A DNA stretch of 54,961 bases from Clostridia bacterium (GCA_017433675.1 JAFRGU010000004.1:1-54961); one strand, 5' to 3'; positions 9,212-17,330 are shown, numbered from the stretch's first letter. Program-made: numbers and translations. The notes: generated by a model not told the origin, from the letters alone.

Positions 9212-10204
9212 ATGATAGGAATGTTCAAAAGAATACTGATTCTTACGGCGGCGCTGCTCATGGCGGCAGCGCCTGCCCGGGCGGAGATTTATGAAGGGAA
9301 AACCGCCGCGCAATTCACCGTACCCATCACTGCCGCGGTATCAGGCATCGTCGAATCGCTCTCTGTTCAGACAGGACAGCGGGTGAAGGCGGCGGAGACA
9401 GTGGCTACGCTTCGGTCGGAAAAGTTCTTTGCCACCCAGGAAGGTACGGTGACGATGATCTGCGCGAACCCGGACGACAGCGTCAGCGGTACGCTGATTG
9501 AAGTCATGCCGATGGAGTGCTATACGGTTTACTGTACTGTGGACAAAGCGTATCAAAGTGTGGAAACGACCCTGATACACAGCGGTGAGACCGTGTACAT
9601 GAAGTGCACCCGGGATGGTACACACCGGGCTTCCGGCGTGATTACAGAAGTCGACGGCAGCGAGTATCAGGCTCTGATTCTTGCCGGTGAACTGTATGTG
9701 GGCGAAACGGTCTACATCTACCGGGATGCGGACTTTACCAACAGTCAACGCCTGGGTATCGGCACGGTATTAACCAGCGATACGGAGGCCTATGAGGCAA
9801 CCGGAAAGATGACCCGGCTTTGCGTTTCGGAAGGGGACTATGTGGAACGCGGACAGCTTCTGTTCGAACTGGATGGAGGAACGCAAACGGCAGAGAACGG
9901 CGGGATTGTCACCTTGGTTTCCGTGCAGGCCGGGAATATGGTGAGCGAAGGTCAGATCATCGGAGAGATTGCTCCCGCTGATGCCATCTGTGTGGAAATC
10001 CAGGTGGATGAGACTTCGGCTACCGCGATCCGGGTGGGAGATAAAGCCATGCTGACACTGGCCTGCCAGACGGATGAAGAACCCTTTGCTGGAACCGTGA
10101 CTGAAATCAGCGCTATCGCTGAGTCCGACCTGTATACTGTACGCATTCGTCCCGAAACGGATCAGCTGCTGCCTCTGGGAATGACGGTCCAGATCCGGAT
10201 CTAA
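9212..10204 (+). CDS. Exported HlyD-like adaptor protein, paralog of 6222-7436
   Basis: Signal peptide ending ARA-EI; shared blocks with the 6222 protein (IHSGETVYMKC vs IHAGEEVYLQC, VGETVYIYR vs IGETVSIYR, VERGQLLFE vs VARGELLFE). Alternative start at 9221. Confidence 0.72.
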   Translation: MIGMFKRILILTAALLMAAAPARAEIYEGKTAAQFTVPITAAVSGIVESLSVQTGQRVKAAETVATLRSEKFFATQEGTVTMICANPDDSVSGTLIEVMPMECYTVYCTVDKAYQSVETTLIHSGETVYMKCTRDGTHRASGVITEVDGSEYQALILAGELYVGETVYIYRDADFTNSQRLGIGTVLTSDTEAYEATGKMTRLCVSEGDYVERGQLLFELDGGTQTAENGGIVTLVSVQAGNMVSEGQIIGEIAPADAICVEIQVDETSATAIRVGDKAMLTLACQTDEEPFAGTVTEISAIAESDLYTVRIRPETDQLLPLGMTVQIRI

Positions 10205-10263
10205 GACAAAAAGGGAGAGTAGCGACAGATGAGGCAGGATATCCATTAGGGAGGATGCAGACG

Positions 10264-10938
10264 ATGCGATTATTGCTTGCTGAAGATGAAGCTGCACTGG
10301 CGGACGCGGTTATGACCTATCTTTCACTCCACCACCATGAGGTTGACTGGGCAGATAACGGATCTGACGCGCTGGACAAGGCACTGGACCGGCCTTATGA
10401 CTGTATTCTTCTGGATATTATGATGCCCGGGATGGACGGTGTTTCCGTGCTGAAAGAACTGCGTGCCGCGGGCAGTTCGGTGCCTGTCATTTTCATGACC
10501 GCTAAGGGAGAACTCTCAGACAAGTCTGACGGGTTTCATGCCGGCGCGGACGATTATCTGACCAAGCCATTCGCACTGGAAGAGCTGCTGCTCCGGGTCA
10601 CGGCGCTGGGACGGCGGGGGCACGTGCGGCTGACGAAAAATCTGATTTTCGCGGATCTGGAGCTGGACCGCGAATTTCATTGCTTTACAGTCGGAGGAAA
10701 GATCTGTTTGCTCAGTCCGCGGGAATTTCAGCTGATGGAGTTCCTGATTCTTAACCCGAATATGTATTTTTCTGTTGAAACTCTGCTGGACCGGGTTTGG
10801 GGGTTCAGCGCGGAGGTGGAGATCAACACCGTCTGGGTGCATATTTCCCAACTCCGGAAAAAACTGGAGACTTATCATGCTCAGGCAAAAATCGTTTCAA
10901 AGCGCAGTGTTGGCTACGCACTGGAAAAATCCGAATGA
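10264..10938 (+). CDS. OmpR/PhoB-family response regulator (first of two)
   Basis: LLLAEDE, LLDIMMPGMDG, MTAK, GADDYLTKPF; winged helix ending VWVHISQLRKKL...RSVGY; GGGAGG RBS favours ATG 10264. Confidence 0.95.
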   Translation: MRLLLAEDEAALADAVMTYLSLHHHEVDWADNGSDALDKALDRPYDCILLDIMMPGMDGVSVLKELRAAGSSVPVIFMTAKGELSDKSDGFHAGADDYLTKPFALEELLLRVTALGRRGHVRLTKNLIFADLELDREFHCFTVGGKICLLSPREFQLMEFLILNPNMYFSVETLLDRVWGFSAEVEINTVWVHISQLRKKLETYHAQAKIVSKRSVGYALEKSE

Positions 10939-10954
10939 TAAGGAGATCAAGCCC

Positions 10955-11572
10955 TTGCTGCAACCTGATTTATATGGCCCGTATCGGGATGCCATGAAAG
11001 CAGTCATGGAACAGACGAGAGAAATGATTGAGGCATCCGGCAGGGAATACGAATCACTGCATGGTGAGAAGCTGTATGAGCACCTGATCTGTCGGATCAA
11101 AAGCGATGAAAGTATGGCTGAAAAGCTCCGGAGGTATGGATGTGAAGCTGATGCCCGGCATGCGCTGCGAGCCGCTGATGACGCCATCGGGATTCGGGTT
11201 ATCTGCCTTTTCATTGACGATGTGTACGAAACAGCCCGACGGATCAGGGCGTTTCCGGGATGCACCATCGTCCGGGAAAAGGATTATATCCGAAACGCGA
11301 AACCAAACGGCTACCGCAGCTATCATCTGATACTCGATGTTGAAGCAGACCAGCCGGATATTGACGGACATATACCGGGACATTACCTCGTAGAGATCCA
11401 GCTGAGAACCATCGCAATGGATACCTGGGCCGCGCTGGAACATGAACTGAAATACAAAAAAAGCATCGATCATCAGGATCTGATCGTACAGGAGCTGCAT
11501 CGGTGCGCCAATGAGCTGGCAGCGTGCGACGTGTCAATGCAGACACTGAAGAGGATCATCCGCGGGACGTGA
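10955..11572 (+). CDS. Small alarmone synthetase (RelP/RelQ-like (p)ppGpp synthetase)
   Basis: RelA_SpoT synthetase motifs RIKSDESMAEKL, DAIGIRVIC, DYIRNAKPNGYRSYH, EIQLRTIAMDTWAALEH; no hydrolase domain; TTG start at 10955 with AAGGAG 9 nt upstream. Confidence 0.9.
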   Translation: MLQPDLYGPYRDAMKAVMEQTREMIEASGREYESLHGEKLYEHLICRIKSDESMAEKLRRYGCEADARHALRAADDAIGIRVICLFIDDVYETARRIRAFPGCTIVREKDYIRNAKPNGYRSYHLILDVEADQPDIDGHIPGHYLVEIQLRTIAMDTWAALEHELKYKKSIDHQDLIVQELHRCANELAACDVSMQTLKRIIRGT

Positions 11573-11583
11573 AGGAGGCGGGG

Positions 11584-12249
11584 ATGAAAATACTGTTTGC
11601 GGAGGATGAAACAGATCTGCGGGATGTTGTTTCAGCTTACCTGGAATATCAGGGATATCTTGTGGACGCGGTCGGAAACGGCCGGGAAGCACTTGCCAAA
11701 GCATGTTCAGATTCCTATGACACGATTGTCATGGATGTGATGATGCCGGAAATGGACGGGATCACCGCCATGAGAAGGATCCGGGATACCGGGAACACTA
11801 CACCTGCGCTTTTTCTGACTGCGAAAGGAGAGGTTACGGACCGTGTAAAGGGCCTGGATGCAGGAGCGGATGATTATCTGATCAAACCCTTTGCCATGGA
11901 GGAACTGAGCGCAAGACTGCGTGCCCTTGGCAGAAGAAAGCGGGATTACCATGCCCGGACCCTGACCTTCGGAAATCTGGAACTGGATACGGAAACCGCT
12001 GAGATTCAGGCACAGAACACGATCGGTCTGTCTCATAAAGAGGTGCGCCTGCTCAGCTGCCTGATGGCCAATACCGGCCGGGATCTGAGTGCGGATGAAC
12101 TGCTGGAGGACGTCTGGATTGATGAACCCGCAAACACGGATACAGTCTGGATGTATGTGTCTTATCTGCGGGCCAAGCTTCAGTCCATACAGGCCAACGT
12201 GGTTATTGCGGGAGACCGTGGGCATTCGTTCCGGCTGAAGGAGATCTGA
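11584..12249 (+). CDS. OmpR/PhoB-family response regulator (second of two)
   Basis: MKILFAEDE, VMDVMMPEMDG, LTAK, GADDYLIKPF, VWMYVSYLRAKL; AAGGAGG RBS. Confidence 0.95.
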   Translation: MKILFAEDETDLRDVVSAYLEYQGYLVDAVGNGREALAKACSDSYDTIVMDVMMPEMDGITAMRRIRDTGNTTPALFLTAKGEVTDRVKGLDAGADDYLIKPFAMEELSARLRALGRRKRDYHARTLTFGNLELDTETAEIQAQNTIGLSHKEVRLLSCLMANTGRDLSADELLEDVWIDEPANTDTVWMYVSYLRAKLQSIQANVVIAGDRGHSFRLKEI

Positions 12250-12250
12250 T

Positions 12251-13486
12251 ATGTTCAGGAAATTACAACGGAGGTTTCTCTGGGGCTCAGCTTTGGTGTT
12301 GTTCCTCGTTATCGTACTGGTGATCGGTATCATATTCTGGATCACATCCGGCACCGTCACCCGTCAGTCCGAGGTCTTTATTGAAAGAATCCTGGAAAAC
12401 GACGGACAAAGGCCTGAGAGAGGCGAATTTGCACCCCGACAGAAAACTTTCCTTGCTCTGAATGATGAATCGATCAGAGAGATACGATTTGTGTCAGTGC
12501 TCGTTTCTGAGGATTCAAACCAGATTGTCAGCAAAATGATGGCTGGTTTCTCCGAGAATGAGATCATCGGTCTGGCTAAGAAAGCAATGGAATCAGACAC
12601 AGACAGCGGGCAGCTTGGCAGAATCGGGCCGCGTATCATGCATTATGGGCGTAAAATCCTGGAAGACGGCAGCGCACTGGTGGTCATTGCGGACAGCACC
12701 AGCCGTTACAGCCTGACCCGATTGATTGTTACCTATATGGCTGTGCTCTGGTTTGCTGTGCTGATTCTGTTTATTATCGCCATGAGCCGTACTTCCCGGA
12801 AACTGGTCAAACCCTTTATCGAAAATGATGAGCGGCAGAAGCGGTTTATCACAAACGCCAGCCATGAGCTGAAAACTCCGCTTGCCGTAATCGCCGCCAA
12901 TAATGAACTGACGGAGACGATCAGCGGAAAAAATAAATGGACAGAAAGCACTGCCCGGCAGATAGAAAGACTTCAACTGCTGATTGAGAATCTGGTCGCA
13001 CTGACCCGTCTGGACGAAATGGAAGAGAAGGTCATGGAAGATGTTGATCTCACAGCTACGACGATTGAAGCAGCAGATCCTTTCCGCAGTATCATCGAGT
13101 CCTCCGGGCGCAAATATGAATTCCAGATAGAACAGAACATTCATGTGAACGGAGAAAAAAGAACACTCCAGCAGATTGCTTCTATTCTGATGGATAATGC
13201 AACCAAATACTGTGACGAAGGCGGCACCGTCACTGTCCGTCTTACCCGTAAAGGAAAAGGAGCACAGTTGAGTGTTTCCAATACATATGCCAAAGGGAAA
13301 ATGGTGGATACTTCCAGATTCTTCGAACGTTTTTACCGGGAAGACGAATCCCATTCGTCAGCGAAACCCGGCTTCGGAATCGGTTTGTCCATGGCCAGAG
13401 AAATGTCAGAAAGAATGAACGGGAAGTTGAATATCAGCTACAGCGGTGACCAGATTACTTTTTCCGTTGAAACGGGTTTAAGATGA
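12251..13486 (+). CDS. Sensor histidine kinase (CiaH/RelS-like architecture)
   Basis: Two TM helices around an extracytoplasmic domain; H-box FITNASHELKTPL; N-box LMDNATKY; FERFYR; GFGIGLS. Confidence 0.95.
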   Translation: MFRKLQRRFLWGSALVLFLVIVLVIGIIFWITSGTVTRQSEVFIERILENDGQRPERGEFAPRQKTFLALNDESIREIRFVSVLVSEDSNQIVSKMMAGFSENEIIGLAKKAMESDTDSGQLGRIGPRIMHYGRKILEDGSALVVIADSTSRYSLTRLIVTYMAVLWFAVLILFIIAMSRTSRKLVKPFIENDERQKRFITNASHELKTPLAVIAANNELTETISGKNKWTESTARQIERLQLLIENLVALTRLDEMEEKVMEDVDLTATTIEAADPFRSIIESSGRKYEFQIEQNIHVNGEKRTLQQIASILMDNATKYCDEGGTVTVRLTRKGKGAQLSVSNTYAKGKMVDTSRFFERFYREDESHSSAKPGFGIGLSMAREMSERMNGKLNISYSGDQITFSVETGLR

Positions 13487-13688
13487 TTAAAAAAGAAGCA
13501 TGCTGTACATACGGTCATGTTACTATTGATTGCTCAATGCCGTGGCAGAAAGGATGGATTATATAGAGATAGAAACGGCATACTCCAGATATGGGAGAAT
13601 CGAGTGCTCAGTGTTCACACTGATTGGCGGTACCGGAGTGAAAGCATAGAATATGTAAGATATAGATATATAAAATTCAATAAATGGA

Positions 13689-13736
13689 TTGACAAGTGAT
13701 CATTTGATCACTACAATGGGTGAACGAAAGGTCACC
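13689..13736 (+). promoter_or_regulatory. Sigma-A promoter with two TetR-type operators
   Basis: TTGACA (13689-13694), 17 bp, TACAAT (13712-13717); perfect inverted repeat AGTGATCA-TT-TGATCACT (13695-13712) fills the spacer; a second imperfect copy GGTGAACGAAAGGTCACC at 13719-13736. Confidence 0.8.
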
Positions 13737-13758
13737 TGATGGTTTGCGGAGGTCCCGT

Positions 13759-13899
13759 ATGGCAAAGGACACGAAGGAAAGAATCCGGAAAGCTGTGCTG
13801 ATCCACCTGTGTGACCGGAGGCCGGAGAGAACAGAGAAAGCAATCAGACAGATTGAGGCATTCAGCCGGCGCTTTATTATGGTTTATGGAGAAAAGTAA
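13759..13899 (+). pseudogene. Internally deleted TetR-family regulator (46 aa)
   Basis: GGAGG RBS; MAKDTKERIRKAVLIHLCDRRPERTEKAIRQIEAFSRRFIMVYGEK*. The start resembles TetR helix 1, the rest resembles a clostridial TetR C-terminal helix, and the HTH is missing. Below the ORF-track length cutoff. Confidence 0.6.
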
Positions 13900-13901
13900 C
13901 G

Positions 13902-14588
13902 ATGTTTGATCTGAACAAGTATCTGGCTGATCTGATTCTGAGCTGCCAGTCGGCTTTCGGAGAGCGATTGCTGTACATGGGGCTGCAGGGAAGCTATCTG
14001 CGCGGTGAAGCCCATGAAAACAGCGATATTGACGTCATGGTAATCCTGGACCGTTTTTCTGTTCAGGATATGAAAATATACCGCGGGATCCTGGAAAAGA
14101 TCGGCTTCTACGAGAAATCCTGCGGTTTCATCTGCGGGAAAGGAGAAATGGAACGCTGGAATCCTCTGGAGGTATGCCAGCTGCGCCATACGACAAAGGA
14201 CCTGATCGGCACTTTGACGGATTATCTGCCGCCCGCAGCACGGGAAGATGAAATCAACTACGTAAAACTGAGTCTGGGGAATCTGTATCACGAGCTTTGT
14301 CACCGCTATATTCATGCAGACCGGGACAGGAATGCAGCCAAATTTCGCCATACCTGCAAGAGCGTGTTTTACCTGATTCAGAATCTGCACTTTCTGGAAA
14401 GCGGCTGTTTTATCCTTTGCAAAAAAGAACTGAAGGAAGCGGTTGCGAAGGAAGACCGGCTGGTTTTGGAAATGGCCGAGCTGCCGGACGGGTATGATTT
14501 TGATCAAGCTTTCTCATCCATGTTTACCTGGTGCCAGAGAGCTTTTGAGCGCCTCGGAAACCCTGGAGGAACGTGCTATGAACCGTAA
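13902..14588 (+). CDS. Nucleotidyltransferase domain protein (pol-beta superfamily)
   Basis: GLQGSYLRGEAHENSDIDVMVI (GS...DxD motif) followed by a helical C-terminal domain. Confidence 0.85.
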   Translation: MFDLNKYLADLILSCQSAFGERLLYMGLQGSYLRGEAHENSDIDVMVILDRFSVQDMKIYRGILEKIGFYEKSCGFICGKGEMERWNPLEVCQLRHTTKDLIGTLTDYLPPAAREDEINYVKLSLGNLYHELCHRYIHADRDRNAAKFRHTCKSVFYLIQNLHFLESGCFILCKKELKEAVAKEDRLVLEMAELPDGYDFDQAFSSMFTWCQRAFERLGNPGGTCYEP

Positions 14589-14644
14589 GACGCATATCGT
14601 CTGTGACAGCCAGAATGAAAATTGGCACAGGAGTGACACATATT

Positions 14645-15550
14645 ATGAAGCAGAATCATGATGTTTACCTCTTCGGTCAGGTGCTGGGAACCCATTCCTT
14701 CCTGCTGAGAGATGGGTTTCTTCAGCCGGATGAGTACTCGGAAATTGCTGAGCAGTATTTCCTGCCCGGCGGCGAAACAGGCACAGCGGCGACCGTCCTT
14801 GCATCACTCGGAGCGTCTGTCCGGATGGATGGTACCTGGATCGGCACGGAAGTTGCACCAATGCTGAAAGCCTTCTATGCGGACAAATCCGTGGATCTGT
14901 CTTCCCTGTGTTTCACAGAGGATAAAGGAGTCATGGACTATGTGGTGATTGCAGGGCTGGTACGCTCGCCCATGGGACGATTTCAGACGCTGTTTTCATC
15001 CGGGGAAAGATGGTGGAGTATCCCGAAGGAAGAAGATATTTCCGGATGCAAAGCGGCGGCAATTGATCCCTATTTCGGGGAGGAATCCCTGCGGGCAGCG
15101 GAGCTTTGCAGCCGGCACAAGGTCCCTTTCGTGACCATAGACAGTCCGCATGATTCGATTCTGCATCAACAGCCCGCCGTGAACGTGATATCAAAGGAAT
15201 GCACGGCGGAGCATTATGCCGGGATGGCTCCGGAAGCCATCATGGAACGGATGCAGCAGGAAACGAGTGGCCTGACGATCCTGACGCAGGGTGGCGGGGA
15301 TATGCTGTATGCCCGGAAGGGTGAACCCATTCACCGGATGAAGCCGTTTTCTGTTACGGTCAGAAGCACGCTGGGTGCAGGCGATACGTTCAAAGCCGGA
15401 TGTGTATACGGGCTGCTTCAAGGTATGAAGGATGAGGATCTGGTACGTTTTGCCAGCGCCTGTTCCGCAGTTGCTATTTCACGTTTCCCCCTGCCGCTGA
15501 ACCCGCCAAAACTGGAAGAAGTACAGAAACTGATTATGAATTGCGGATAA
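14645..15550 (+). CDS. PfkB-family carbohydrate kinase
   Basis: N-terminal PGGETGTAA..LASLG; C-terminal STLGAGDTFKAG anion-hole motif; AGGAG RBS. Confidence 0.88.
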   Translation: MKQNHDVYLFGQVLGTHSFLLRDGFLQPDEYSEIAEQYFLPGGETGTAATVLASLGASVRMDGTWIGTEVAPMLKAFYADKSVDLSSLCFTEDKGVMDYVVIAGLVRSPMGRFQTLFSSGERWWSIPKEEDISGCKAAAIDPYFGEESLRAAELCSRHKVPFVTIDSPHDSILHQQPAVNVISKECTAEHYAGMAPEAIMERMQQETSGLTILTQGGGDMLYARKGEPIHRMKPFSVTVRSTLGAGDTFKAGCVYGLLQGMKDEDLVRFASACSAVAISRFPLPLNPPKLEEVQKLIMNCG

Positions 15551-15845
15551 AACAGAAAGAATACATGGCATTGCCATGCGATGGAGCAGGACAGGGAAGC
15601 TGATGAAGGCGCTGAAAACAGGGATGGGAAGTAAAACCGGGCGTATTACACTGTTTTGAATACTTTGCTTATCCCTGAAAATGAATTCAGGATCAGTTTT
15701 TTAGAGGCGAATGTAGTTCCATTAGAGTCGATTATAGTTTGATTAGAGTCAGCCCTCTATGATATTATATACTCGCAGAAGCAGATGGGGAGCAGGATCC
15801 GAAGCATTTCAAGCTGTCGGATCTTTTTTCTTTCCTTTTCTGCAT

Positions 15846-16045
15846 ATTTGGACAGTTCCTTGATGGCTCGCCGTTAGCCGCGCTGAAGCGCGGACGGCTG
15901 CATACGGGAAGCGTTACCCAAATCAGAGATTTGGACAGTTCCTCGAGATTCACCGGGTTTTTTGAATCTCGACGCGGAGGCATTGAAAAATAAGGAAGTT
16001 TGAGATTCAAAACGGTGAATCTCATGAACCTGTTTGAATCTCAAC
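15846..16045. repeat. Intergenic cluster of direct repeats and GAGATTCA/TGAATCTC palindromes
   Basis: ATTTGGACAGTTCCT at 15846-15860 and 15929-15943; hairpins TCGAGATTCA/TGAATCTCGA (15943-15972) and TGAGATTCA/TGAATCTCA (16001-16024); a further TTTGAATCTCAA at 16033-16044. Confidence 0.75.
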
Positions 16046-16072
16046 AGAGGATATGCGATAGGTGAAACGGTA

Positions 16073-16101
16073 TTGCATAAAAGGGCGGAAAGTTCTATAA
16101 T
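16073..16101 (+). promoter_or_regulatory. Putative sigma-A promoter for the ABC transporter operon
   Basis: TTGCAT (16073-16078), 17 bp, TATAAT (16096-16101). Confidence 0.65.
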
Positions 16102-16151
16102 ACGGCAGGTATGATATCCGGACGGGATATATATAAAGGAGGGAAAACGGA

Positions 16152-17231
16152 ATGAAAAAGGGAATGAGTCTGCTGCTTGTAATGGTGATGCTTTTATCGG
16201 TCTGTACAGGCGCTCTGGCCGTGAATGAGGACGTGGAGGGGGAACTGGTGATCTACACGTCCATGTATCCGGAAATCGTGGATATGATGGACGCGGCCAT
16301 CAAGGAAGAGTTTCCGAATCTGAAGCCCGGAATCGACGGCAGCTTCTTCTTCCAGAGCGGGAGCGGAAAGCTGATTACCAAAATCTACGGCGAGATGGGG
16401 GACAAACGGGATCAGCCGCTGGGATGCGATATGTTCCTGGTGGCGGAGCCCAGCTTCAGCCTGGAACTGAAGGAATACGGATATCTGCATCAGTTTGAGG
16501 TGGAAAACGCTGATACCCTGCTGCGGTTCCCCTATGACGAGGAAGGATACTGGTATCCGGTGCGGGTGTGTAACATGGTGCTGGCATATAATCCGGAGAT
16601 GGTGGATGAATGGGCAGCGAAGGGAATCACCATTCCGAAGAGTTTCCACGATTTCGCCTATGATCCGGCGCTGAAGGGATATATTTCCATGGGCGATCCG
16701 ATGACCAGCGGAACAGCCTACGCGGCAGTGGTGAGCCTGCTGGGAAAATACGGCGAGGAATACCTGGACAAGCTGGGTGAGAACAAGGTGATGCGGGAAA
16801 GCGGAAGCACCGCCATCGCGAAGCTGCAGAGCGGCGAGTGCGCAGCCATCATGATTCTCGAAGAGAGCATCCTGAAGTATCTGCATGACGAGGAAGCAAA
16901 GGGCAACCCGGTGACCAACCTGGAGGTCATCTATCCCGAGGATGGCGTGGTGCTGATTCCGAGCACGGTGATGATCGTGGCGGAGGAGTACAGCAAAAAC
17001 GTCAATACCGAGGCGGCTGAAGCGGTGGCGCAGTGGCTGCTGAGCCCGGCCGGGCAGGAAATGGTGCTGAAGGGATACATGCACAGCACGCTGGCGGAGA
17101 TGACCGAGGTGCCTTACAAGAGCGTGGATACGAACGAGCTGATCCAGAAGGATCTGGGGGTTGACTGGGAGAAGGCTTACCGCGAGCGGGAGAGTATCAA
17201 CAATCTGTGGACTTTGAAGGTTACACAGTGA
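16152..17231 (+). CDS. ABC transporter substrate-binding protein (FbpA/AfuA-like; substrate uncertain)
   Basis: Signal peptide ending GALA; LVIYTS, LAYNP, GDPMTSGTA, YPEDG, WLLSPAGQE motifs; followed by an FbpB/FbpC-like pair. Confidence 0.85.
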   Translation: MKKGMSLLLVMVMLLSVCTGALAVNEDVEGELVIYTSMYPEIVDMMDAAIKEEFPNLKPGIDGSFFFQSGSGKLITKIYGEMGDKRDQPLGCDMFLVAEPSFSLELKEYGYLHQFEVENADTLLRFPYDEEGYWYPVRVCNMVLAYNPEMVDEWAAKGITIPKSFHDFAYDPALKGYISMGDPMTSGTAYAAVVSLLGKYGEEYLDKLGENKVMRESGSTAIAKLQSGECAAIMILEESILKYLHDEEAKGNPVTNLEVIYPEDGVVLIPSTVMIVAEEYSKNVNTEAAEAVAQWLLSPAGQEMVLKGYMHSTLAEMTEVPYKSVDTNELIQKDLGVDWEKAYRERESINNLWTLKVTQ

Positions 17232-17277
17232 GGCGTTGGTCGCCCTAGGTCGGGTATTTTGCCCCGGGTGAAACGGA

Positions 17278-17330
17278 CAGGGACGGTTCTTTTCCCTTCA
17301 GCTGCGCTGAAACGAAAAAAACCGTCCCTG
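17278..17330. repeat. REP-like inverted repeat between SBP and permease genes
   Basis: CAGGGACGGTT (17278-17288) pairs with AACCGTCCCTG (17320-17330). Confidence 0.65.

Noticed and set aside
10775-10954. N-terminal extension of the SAS ORF in the ORF track
   Set aside because: It overlaps the response regulator by more than 160 nt; the RBS-supported TTG at 10955 gives a normal-length protein.
10955-11572. Toxic SAS (toxSAS) toxin-antitoxin module
   Set aside because: Neighbours are response regulators rather than antitoxin-like genes, and the sequence looks like a housekeeping RelP/RelQ-type enzyme; not formally excluded without an assay.
187-11572. Functional link between PPK2 (polyP) and the alarmone synthetase
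   Set aside because: They are 9 kb apart, separated by a long intergenic region and a probable acquisition boundary; proximity alone is not evidence.
2698-13518. GGTCAT at both ends of the putative island as an att core
   Set aside because: A 6-bp match is expected by chance at this scale.
13517-13699. 60-aa ORF after the histidine kinase
   Set aside because: No RBS, AT-rich, runs into a promoter, no recognisable motif.
15846-15943. Possible mini-CRISPR (two 15-bp repeats)
   Set aside because: The repeat is too short, the 68-bp spacer too long, there are only two copies and no cas genes; kept only as a possible insertion scar.
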